DNA of 64,000 nt from Lingula anatina (Eukaryota; Animalia; Brachiopoda). The translations under genes and the position numbers were made by a program. Under the pieces are notes generated by a model that worked only from the letters and a program-made list of their open reading frames with translations, did not search any database and had not been told where the DNA came from. This document shows positions 13,336 through 24,030 of the stretch, piece after piece (the first letter of the stretch is position 1; each line of letters opens with the position of its first letter). The stretch spans positions 1,426,001 through 1,490,000 of the forward strand of contig CM120646.1 in NCBI GenBank assembly GCA_051362555.1, given 5' to 3'.

Positions 13336-14825
13336 TTTTATTTTATTATTTTTTTTGGGGGGGGTTACACTCGTTGAAAGCACCCTTGTCAATTTTTTTG
13401 AGAATCAAATGCTAAATATCCCCCAAACCGAGAGGATTATGGGAAAAGTTACTAGAAGTCTGACGGAAAGTCTTATGTAAAGATTCCAAAATGCCCTTGG
13501 ATTTGATTTTTGACCTTTCTAAAAATGGGGATTTTCTGCAAAAAATGTTTGTTTGTGTCGATTATCAGAAACTACACAGACCTAACCTATAATATTAGTT
13601 AAATTTGTTACCCTAAGGGTATTCTTTTATATCCGTGTGTTTGGGGTCGATAGGTGCATTTTCACGGGAGAAACGACCGTTATATGCCGAAACTGAAAAC
13701 TCTCTCTCTAATTCTGGAACCGTTAATGTTAGAGATCTCTTGTTTTTCTTCTTTCTTTCTTTTTTTATTCATTTCATAGAGCTTGTCAAGCCCAACACGG
13801 AAGGTGGTGGCTATTTTATTCAATTGACCTTTGACCTTCTTTTCATGATGAACAGCAATTTTTCTTTCCTTTATACACTGTATCTACAAAACTGGATGAG
13901 ATGCGCCCGTGGTTACTATTGAACTTGGAAAGGAAGTCCTCACCCACCGTTTTATTCCGATATGAGTTGGCATGAATGGAATAAGGGGCAAATACCTAGA
14001 CTTTGAATACTTATGGATTTTCGGAATTATTTTTTTCAGGGCAGTTGCACTCTGATTAACTGATGAGATAAGAAGAAAAATTGACTGAAGTCGAAATTCC
14101 AATCAACAGTTATTTGCCGCTGACGGCAGACTGTTTCAGAGTAACAATACAAATGTAAATAAAAATACTAATTCTCGATATAAATTATAATCTCCGGGTC
14201 CATGACTTGTATAAACGGAGGAGAGGAACGAAAAATGTTTTTCATCATGTTGATAAAACGATCCATGTCCAGTTACTGAAAACACGTTCCTTTATAATCA
14301 TGAAGTTTATGATATGAAAACAAGCACAAACAGGGTGCACCGTTTCTATTGTCTATATACAAATTACGTGAGGCTTTTATTGGTCAAGTTTGAACGGACA
14401 CTATATACTGCTAGCACACTGGAAATGATAAAATTATTTTACGGTACGTTAAGTACCAATACATGTTAACCGACACACCAAGTGACGCTGGATTTATATC
14501 TTTAAATACATTGGACTAATGTGATATTTAAACCAGAAAAACTAGACATTTCTGCCATATGTCTTGAAAAGAAGCGATACATAAGTCAAATCATTTCACT
14601 CGGCAATACCAAAGTAACGGAAGTTGAAGGTGTGATATTTAAGGCGCAACATGTACCCGCTACTGCATAAATCCACTATACCTTTACACTGTAGTACAGT
14701 GTAGTAAAGCACTATACAATACAATACAATGCAATGCAAAACAATGCAATACAATACAATAATGTTGATAAAGCAGTCAAAACGACCATAACCTATTTTA
14801 ATTTGCTAAGAATCTCTTGTCAAAT

Positions 14826-17800
14826 CTATGGAGCAGTAGTGCGTGCAGTCATTATACATTGTGCTAGTAGGCTTGTGCCCCTCCTACTGAGGTGAAATCC
14901 ATCTTCCCTGTAGTAATCTGGGGAGCTTATCACCTCATTTACTGTGATGAAATGTGCTTTCTGATGGCCTGTGAATTCAGCCTCAACAGTGTCATTGTAC
15001 CGCTTTGCTCTCTCGTTGAAACTCTGGTTTTGTTGCCGATTCAGGATCCCCGTGAAATATATATCACAGTCAGGATATTTCATTCCTGCTGTCTCTCGCA
15101 GCTGGTGAAGCTCTGAGACGGTGTCTGCAACACTTTGGTGATCAATGCTGTTTGATCCTACAATGAAAGTCAAAGATTCTGGATTTCCCAGGTTTGATTT
15201 GATTATATAGTCGTGCGCGTCTGCAACAGTTTCATCTCTCAGTACTTTCACGTAGGATCTGCCCATCCTGTTGCCATCAAGGTCCTCTCCTATTGAGTCA
15301 GTCACTATGACATGCTTCCTTTGCATTGTGTTCTGTGTAGTGTATGGTATTTGGGGACTGTCCACCTTTCTTCTCGCTGCCGTCCCACGCTGGTCATTGC
15401 AAGCTGAGTGAGTTGTCCGTTTTGATTTTTCTTCGACTTTATCTTTCAAGGCGATTTTCAATAACCCCTTTCCAACTTCTTTTATTAGTTTAAAGGGACT
15501 GTTTGAGTCTTTTCGACAAAAGGCATCTACTGCTCCCCCGACTGCCCCCAAGACATTGTCTGAGTCATTTTCTGACGAGTCGATCAGTATATCTCTCATG
15601 TCTTTAAGCAAACCTCCTGGACCTTCACCCTCTGGTGATCTTGCCCGCGCCTGCTGTGTTTGACGCTCCTTCAGAATATCTCCAAAAGGGATTTTGGTCA
15701 AGTCAAGCACAGGACCCCAAGACGAACCAAAGCAATACGTTGCTTGGATTTCGTCGAGGATTGGTTTTGGATTGTGGCGGATTTCATGTAAAAGGTTAAC
15801 GTTTTCACTGACTAATTGTTCATCCATGTAATCTATCATGTTGTTTTCCGGTATGAAATAGTTTGGGATGCACTTCTTGGAGAGAAAATCAATCAAAAGG
15901 TCGAGAAAATCGTAAAAACGTTGCCCCAGCCTTTCTTCTGTCCAGTTGTCCTGTGGAATGCGCTCACATAACCAGAATAACGTTGTCTTAAGGTGGTAGG
16001 TAGAAAGGACGCCAAGGTTCCCCAGTCGGTGTTTGTGTATCAGTTTTATAATACGGTAAACATGGCGCTGAGCTTGATTTAACGACAAGGCAAGATGACG
16101 CTCTGCCAAAACAAAAGAGATCCTCCATTCGGTTCGGCAACCTTTATCACCAGGATTGGCAACTGGAACAAGATGACATCCAACTTCTGTCACGGCTCTG
16201 ACTTGCTCCGTACTAGGCCAACCGCTCGATCTCTTGCGACTAAGCCATTCGTCTGCTTCATGGGGAAACTTCTTCCAAGGCAACGATACAACCATATCGC
16301 AACTATAAACGTTGCTTTTGATACCAAAAATAGTGGGCAGTGTGAGTGATAACGCAGGACCATTAAAACTAATACAAAATGTTGTTAAAAGTTTTCCAAA
16401 CTCTGATATCTGGTTTTGGATCCAAAATTGCATGGATTTGTTGCTCAGATATTCATCCCCGGTTTGATCACGTTCCAAAATGCCTGGCACACGAAGCCAA
16501 TGCTGTTCGCCCTGGAACTTAAGTTTGACATAACCGGGATGACAGCCATGACCATCCACGAGCAACGCTGCCTCTGTTGTTGTCACTTGCTCTCTATGAG
16601 ACGTGACTGCCGGAAGAAATGGCGGCATGAGCACTAGCATGGCATCCATATCTGCTATTTCAAGTAGAACTTTAGGCTTCCAGTCATACAAATATGGGAT
16701 CCCAAGGCCGTCAACACAGCTACCCAGAAGCTTAAACCGAATGCTTTTGAGCACAAACGCAACCTCATCTTTCATCTCTGGAAAGAGACCCCCTAACTTG
16801 AGCATTATATTGTGGAATGCCTGTTCGGAATGTTCATAAGGCATATATTTATAAGGTCCGATGTTTGAAAACAGCATGTCAACAAAAACTGTCCACATAA
16901 GTGCAAGTTGTCCATTTTCTGATGTTTTATCTCCACCAATGGATCTGATAATTGCATCCTTGAGAATTTTACACATCTCTTTGCTTTTCTTTTCATCACG
17001 ACCTAAATCAATCCCAAATAGTTTTTTAATTATTACCTGCTCACTTGTTTGAGGTATCATCTCTGCTAAGTATTTTGAGAATTTTTCCATATCTTCATTA
17101 TTTTCAACGTTTCGTCTCGGTCGTCGTTCACACAGAGGATATCTAAAATTGAAAGTAAACATAAATAAAAAGGTATATATGTAAACTGACCCAGTTAAAA
17201 AAGCTTTATAAAAAGTTCCATGGAAGGACTTACCCTTGAAATAAACGTAGAATGGAGCCTCCATGGTAAATATGTCTGTGAATTTAGATGTTTATGTCTT
17301 TTTTTTTTTTTTTTTTGTTCAAAAATTTGAAAATTGTTTAAGAAAGGTCATCTACCGGGTAACTTTCATACCGGTACATTCCGTCAATTATCACGGACAA
17401 TAGAAAAGTCTAAAACATTAAAATATGGCGGTTTTTCGTTTATATCCACAATTCTTTCTGCTCATACACCTGTACGATCAGTAGATCCCGAGGTACGCTG
17501 ATGTACGTGGTCCCTGAAAACTCCCCTTCTTCTACCACTTTGCCGCAATCGTTCTTGGTCTGTCTTTCCAGTGGCCTATGAAATTCGAGACTGCATTTCC
17601 ATAAGCCCACTTGAGTAACTAAGGGGTAATTGGCTATCGTTAATCACCCACTAGCAGCTTCAGTAGGCGTGCCAGACAATTAAGCCTCTTACACTGAATG
17701 CAATTTAGCTAAACCCCTGCAAAGTTAATCGATTCAGATAGCACGATTGGTTTATGAGAACCTCCTTTAACCTCTGTAGAGGACACTGAAGATATAGGTA

Positions 17801-18021
17801 GGGCGCGGTGATTGTTTTTCACATTTTTAACCATTTCAATTAACGGAGGGTGAAGTACCTTTACCATTTTTTTAAACACTTTGCTGTTCCGAGGCCGATC
17901 ATTATTTCACCTGGGCTTTCGTCCCAAAAAGGTACTCGTCTAAATTTCCATAAATGTAACATGTACAATATACATAGTAAATACTTTCATAAGCTTACCT
18001 GTTATCTCTCCTTTTATCCAT
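14826..18021 (-). CDS. cGAS-like receptor (cGLR/Mab-21 NTase) with C-terminal SGNH-like domain, copy A; exons 18021-17999 and 17142-14826, ~779 aa
   Basis: 812-aa ORF containing GS(CVDGL)...ADMD...CDMV catalytic triad, WPS..VGCHLVP, EWRISF, STYHLKTTLFWLCE, CIPNYFIPENNM (Mab-21/cGAS motifs). Polypyrimidine+AG acceptor precedes 17142 (phase 2); 23-nt exon caccATGGATAAAAGGAGAGATAACAG|gtaagc (MDKRRDNR) joins in frame. C-terminus has TDS / GSN / DGFH SGNH blocks. Confidence 0.9.
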
Positions 18022-19802
18022 GGTGATAACTGGTGGAAATATTTTACTTCCTATTAGCCCTAAATAGCTATGTAGAAGACCCTAATGATTGCAGCTATCT
18101 TTCAATGTATGTTTGTTGTCCTATTTGTATGCGGGGATTTTTTTTTCTCTTGCGACATTCCATTATGAAGGACGTCAACAAGTATGTGATTATTGATCCA
18201 GTGTTTACCTTACCTTTAGGTGTTCATATGCTTAACATCTATTAAATGTTTGCGATATTAATTTTGTTTTAACAAACAATCAAAATAAAATCAAAGAAAA
18301 TACAACGGATTTAAATTTAAGGACTTGCGTCATACCGTCGGAATGGCCTGAACGGAGAATATTTTTCAGAAAACATGCCCAACTAACGATATCTTTATCA
18401 AAATACACGAAGTAAGAGCTCATTTAGTAAATTTTGGACTCTAAAAAACATCCTTTTTGCTTGGCCTGCGAGTTAATGAGCTACATGGTCACGTGGTCAG
18501 ATGACGAAAATCGTGCCACCGGCGGAGCTGTCAAACTCAGCTGAATTGTCTGCCTGTAAGATGACTTTTCTGGCTTCTGATAAAAGTTAATACTCATTCA
18601 CATCTCTTACCCTCTAAATCCTCGTGAAGCTGTGATTTGAATGACTTGAGGGTACTGTTGATTATTCCATATGAGCTCCATGTTCTTTGTGAAATTTGAT
18701 TTATTTTATTAAACCGCTGACACCCTGTCTTGCATACTTTTATTAAACTGAGGTAAACAATGTCTGTTACCTTTCCAAGTCCTATCTTGATCATCCATCT
18801 AACTGGAACTCCCTTTACCTCTTAATTAGAGGGTTAAATGGCATTCAATTATCCTTTAGCCTTTGTCTTGCACTCTTTATGGCGATATTTATCTCAGGTA
18901 AAAATCTACCAGTGCGCTAGTTTCAATGAGCAGCTCCCGCAGACCTGGGGGTACTAGTTAAAATCTGAACACCAGGTTTATTGAGGAGCTAGAGAAACAA
19001 AGGAAGAATTTTTCCTGCACAGCTTTATAGGAATTTTAGCACGGACATGATCCAGCTTAGACCTCCAAACTAACAGGGTGACATGGGCAATTTTCACATA
19101 CAAATAATAAAACTATATTTCAGTTAGCCTCCTTTTAAATAAATATACCGTTCTGGGTAAATTAGAAAATTTATTAAATCGCCAGAATATTTTTGACTTA
19201 AATGATGATTTTATTATTAATGGAAATAAAGCTACTATATGGGGCACATTTGCTGTGATTACGCTGTTCTTGATGTTTTGTGTTAGTCTACATTTTGCTG
19301 TGCGTGCTTGGAATTTTTTAATTTTTTATACTAACGTATGTAACTGCACAATTAGTAAACATTCAAGTAATGATTTTTCCCTGGCTACTTATAGCAAACA
19401 ATGCTCTTTTACCTTGATCTGCTACATGTTTTTGGGTTTGACAAAGCATACAAATTTGCAAAAAGTTTTGTGTACAGACGCAGAACTTGTATTTCAAGGT
19501 ATAAAAAGATAAATCTTTTTAATTATTTTATCATTCAGATGAAATAACCTTCAGATATGCAACTCAGTTGAGTCTCATAGACCTTTATCCTAATTGTCCT
19601 CACAGCACCACGTGACCCAGATATGTTGCTTTATTTATGCATATTGAGGCGAGGTTTACTAAAACGCCTTTTTTCTACTATTAGATTGTTTTTTTAGAAT
19701 TTTTAAATGGCGGGGATCGATTAAAACGTACCTCTAGTGTATAGATTGAGTGCTGAATCTTCAGAATTCGAGAAATGGACTTTTATGAGTCTTTTCTCCT
19801 TT

Positions 19803-20218
19803 AATAAACTCTTGTCTTGTATGAATGTTTTTCGGCTTGTGTTTGATAATTTTCACTTATGATCCAACTACCAAGCTAATGGACATTTTTGCTCAGACTC
19901 TTATATTATCTTATAAAAGTGCTTTAACCAACACCCAAATCGAGTACAATTCTTTAAGAAAAATTGACTTCGAAAAAATCGTTTGAACATTTGATTAGAA
20001 AGTCCACATTTAAAACGTCAAGTGTGTGTTCCTTCTGTAAAAGAAGAAATCGCTCAGGTGCCGGAAAGGCAAAAGCACAACTGATAAAGGAGCAGGATGT
20101 TCAACTAAGTGTGATTCACTCACTTTCTTTCTTCTCTTTCTGTTCAAACATAAGCGATGACATAAGTAATACAATTAACATTTATTTTTTCTCTAGTCAT
20201 TTTTTCTTTTCTTTTCTT

Positions 20219-20265
<47 letters not shown>

Positions 20266-20470
20266 ATGAACAAAACGACTTTGGATTTTCCATGTTTTTC
20301 GCCACAGGATTTCCGCTATGGGGGGGGGGGGGGGGTGTTGCTTTAATAATCTAATGCTAAATGTGCATTTTGGAGCCTTATCCGCCAAGAAAATGATAGC
20401 AATTATATATTCTACATTACCATCATTTTTGTAAATTCGGAATTCATATATACAGTGTATACTAGTACTA
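19803..20470 (+). repeat. Third copy of the unit-start segment
   Basis: Matches 22900-23525 (tatgaatgtttttcggcttgtgtttgataattttcact...) and, in part, 1363-1645. Confidence 0.85.
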
Positions 20471-20489
20471 TAGATGAACTGACAAAGTT

Positions 20490-21180
20490 TTAATTGAATC
20501 CGACAAAAAATTGCTGTTTCATGCACTAAAGATAAAAAAATACCTCTGTATTTTGTGTTTGTGTTTCATTTTTACAAGGAAAATGCTAATTTTCACAGTC
20601 GAACAGGAAAAAATACCGCACTGTTTAACTTAAAATGAACAAACAAACAAACAAACAAAAAAAAAAACGTCCCTGCACTAAAGAGAAAAGTACTTCTACA
20701 TTGGCGTTTCAATTTGATCGGGAGATTTCTGATTTCTGAACAGAAAATAATACTGCACTGTTTAACGTTAAACAGACAAAATAACTGTTGTTTATTGCGT
20801 TAAGGAGAACAAATATTTGTCATTTTCATTGGGCGATTTCTGAGTATTAAAGATGAACAGAAAAAATAAACTTCAATCAGCAAGTAAAACTGTTGTTTCA
20901 TGGACTAGAGATAAAAATACTTATGCATATTAGGTCGGATTTTCATTTTAACAAGGAAAAAACTGATTTTCACAGTCTAATAAGAAAAAGAATACTGTAT
21001 TGTTTATCCTTAAACAATCATAAAAATGTCGTTTCTTGCACTAAAGAGAAAAATATTTCTACAGAATACATATATGTTTCTGTTTCATTCGGATATTTTC
21101 TGATATTCAGAGTGAAACATACGTTTCATTTCAACATTAAAAAACAAAAGTGATTCATCTGAAGGAAAAATATTCAATCT
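20490..21180 (+). repeat. Degenerate tandem array, ~120-150-bp units
   Basis: Recurring tgcactaaaga(g/t)aaaa..tac..gaacag(a)aaaa..actg(c)actgtttaac. Confidence 0.7.
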
Positions 21181-22643
21181 TAAAAACGCGCAGAAAATTT
21201 TGTAATGTTTAGCTTTGGATCAGAAAAATGCTGAGATTTTTTGACTTAGAAGAAAACATACTCATATTTTTTAAAGATGAAGAGTAGAAATGTTTAGCTT
21301 TGAATTTAACAAATGTTGTGAAATGATGGTTGTGACTATAAAAGGCCCTGCTCTAAACAGGTTGTTTAAGGTCGTTTAAGTACATATAGGCCACCACAAC
21401 AGTTGCTTGACCAGCAAACAATACTGCTTTACTATATAACGTACTGTACCTGGCTCATATTATAATTCCGACATTCATTAAATGCTGGACGCTCTATCAT
21501 TCAAATATAAATTACTTCAAGAAAAATGCAAAGTCAATCTATGTGTATACGAAACACTCAACATCACAATACTCTAGGTATTTGGCTTGCATACCTCTCT
21601 TTGTGAATTGCACTAGTCTAACCTGTGTGTTAGCGGAGCCTCGTTTGTTTTACCTTTGTGCGACGCGTTCAACTAAACCGTGTACCACCTCTTTTTAATA
21701 TCAATAAAAATGCTTGTTCATCCAATTCAATGAAAAACTACAACAAACACCTATCTTTTCAAATCTTACGTATACAGCTACCATTTCAATCAATATAAGC
21801 ATCTTTTTCATAAATAAACAAACAAATAAATAAAAGAATGACTCTGTCACATTTTTAATAGCTCTGCCACTTTACTATGGCATTTTTAAATAGCTCTGTC
21901 ACTTTTTTACTACCTCATGCGTCCTTTTATTATTACTTCCAGTGGTGAATATTACAAATGTTAAAATGCACGCTTTTATTTATTTACAAGCCGCAGGCCA
22001 AAACACTGAGCTGTGTAAAAAAAAGAAGGAAGAGAGACAGGTTAATAAATCTCGGGTATAAGAAGAGAACCTTGACGTGTAATTTGATAAAGAACAAGTT
22101 CAACTTCCATCGAGAGGGAGCGGGTTTGATTCCAAGTGTAAACACATTGTATACATTGCCAAAGATAAAAAAATAACAGAAAGAGAGGGGGAGAAAAAAG
22201 AGAGAGAAAATGAGAGAGAGATTTTAATCATTTACAAAGAGATCACACCAGGTTTGCACTCGAGGCAACAATACCATTCTGTTACATGTATTACACATTT
22301 AAAATGTTTGACGGACCCCCACATTGAACAAAAAAAAATGTTCATAGGGAGAACTTTTTAGGGAGAGTAATTGGTGTCGCAGAGACAAGAGGTTTAGATA
22401 ACTCAAACTACCAACCTAGATACTTTGTCGAACAAATTCAATATTAAAGCAGTTTTTCTTATCTTTTCATACATTTTGCTGTCGATAGGGAAACCTTCCT
22501 TTTGGAAAACAACTTGGTTCACACAGACCAAGAGTTGTTCAAATAATTAACCTAGACAATATGTCAAATAAATTCAACTAACACCCCAGCTTGTCTCAAT
22601 TTCTCAAAATACTATATTAAAGAACATCTTAAAGCATGCTTAC

Positions 22644-22666
22644 CTTTTGCCATCTTCCTCATCCAT
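22644..22666 (-). CDS. Alternative or orphan 23-nt first coding exon for cGLR copy A (MDEEDGKR)
   Basis: ttaccATGGATGAGGAAGATGGCAAAAG|gtaagc: same length, Kozak context, phase 2 and ..AG|GT end as the exons at 18021 and 49374; splices in frame to 17142. Confidence 0.55.
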
Positions 22667-24030
22667 GGTAAAAACTAAATAAAACCTTTGAAGAGAAGTT
22701 GAAGAGAGAATTGTAGTGTGCAATAGCTGTATGCTGGAGTGGAAATGGCCACTTGTAACCGGTAAGCATGCCCTTTATACTTCAGCTTCTGTTTACTTTC
22801 TCTACTGCTACCGGTTCGAAACATTTCTATTTTCATTTAGGAATTTCTCTGACTCATCATCACATATATGTGAATTTCAATTTATACACCAATGACTAAA
22901 TAAACTCCTATCTCGTATGAATGTTTTTCGGCTTGTGTTTGATAATTTTCACTAAGAATCCAACTACCAAGCTAATGAACATTTTTGCTCAAACTCTTAT
23001 ATTATCTTATAAAAGCGTGTTAACCAGCAGCCAAAATTGAGCACAATTTTTGGAAAGAAAAATTGACTTCGAAAAAAAAAAACGATTGAGCATTTGATAA
23101 GTCCACATTTAAAACGTCAAGTGTGTGTTCCTTCCGTAAAAAAAGAAACCGCTCAAGAGACGGAAAAGCAAAAGCACAACTGATAAAGGAGCAGGATGTT
23201 CAACTAAATGTGATTCACTCACTTTCTTTTTTCTCTTTCTGTTCAAACATAAGCGATGACATAAGTTATACAATTTACCATTTATTTTTCCTCTAGCCAT
23301 TTTTTTTATTATTATTAATTTTTTTTTATTGAACAAAACTACTTTGGATTTTCCATGTTTCTCGCCAAAGGGGTTTTCGCAAAGGAGTGTGAATATGCTT
23401 AAATAATCTCTTAAATGTGGATTTTGTAGCCTCATCCGCCAATAAAATTATAGCAATTATATATTCTAAATTACCTCTATTTTTGTGAATTCAGAATTCA
23501 TATGTACAGTGTATGCTAGTAAGTCTATATACCTGTATTTTTATAATTATTAATGTAATAATTATATGTAATACCTAATAGCTCGCATCTGTATATTATC
23601 AAAATGTAATGAACCATTAATAGTATTGATAGTCTTCTAAATTTGCATACATGAGATATGCATATTTGTTTGAGTTTTAATTATTTAAATATATTTAGGC
23701 CTGGCATGTTAGAGAAGTTCATTTAAAATGTAAATCAAGATATTATTTAAATGTATCCACAATTAAGTTTTAATGTATATAGGCATTGCATGTTGCATGC
23801 CAGTTATGGAAATTCATTTAAAATGTAAATTAAGATAAGAGTGCAAAGCAGCGTCCGAGCCACAGAGGGGAGAGATAGACTGAGAGGTATAGAGAGATAT
23901 AGGAGAGACCTGAGTTGTACAGTCGATTGAATAAATCATGTAGCAGAAAACTACACCTGCCTGTCTTAGTTGTTTTACTGGTGAAAGTGATATCTAAGAA
24001 CCTGAATAACCAACCGGCTGGTTATTACAA

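Larger units (their letters stand above)
1363..17142 (+). repeat. Segmental duplication unit 1
   Basis: Collinear with ~23211-46368 (e.g. 3655=23575, 5545=26140, 7250=27570, 10395=29070, 10585=36896, 13370=41345, 14455=43636) apart from indels and transposon insertions. Confidence 0.9.

Noticed and set aside
14714-14760. (CAATA)n just downstream of both cGLR stops as a LINE 3' tail supporting ORF1 capture
   Set aside because: A LINE tail would follow ORF2, not ORF1; an ordinary 3' UTR microsatellite is sufficient.
14826-17142. Bacterial CBASS CD-NTase operon
   Set aside because: Spliceosomal introns, metazoan Mab-21 motifs and eukaryotic transposons; no operon or cap genes.
17143-17264. N-terminal 40 aa of the 812-aa ORF (and 46369-46403 in copy B) as the true start
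   Set aside because: Paralog similarity stops at a canonical acceptor and in-frame upstream exons exist; most likely intron read-through.
18317-19804. TTAA-flanked Kolobok/piggyBac-like element
   Set aside because: Termini match too poorly to call and there is no empty site for comparison.
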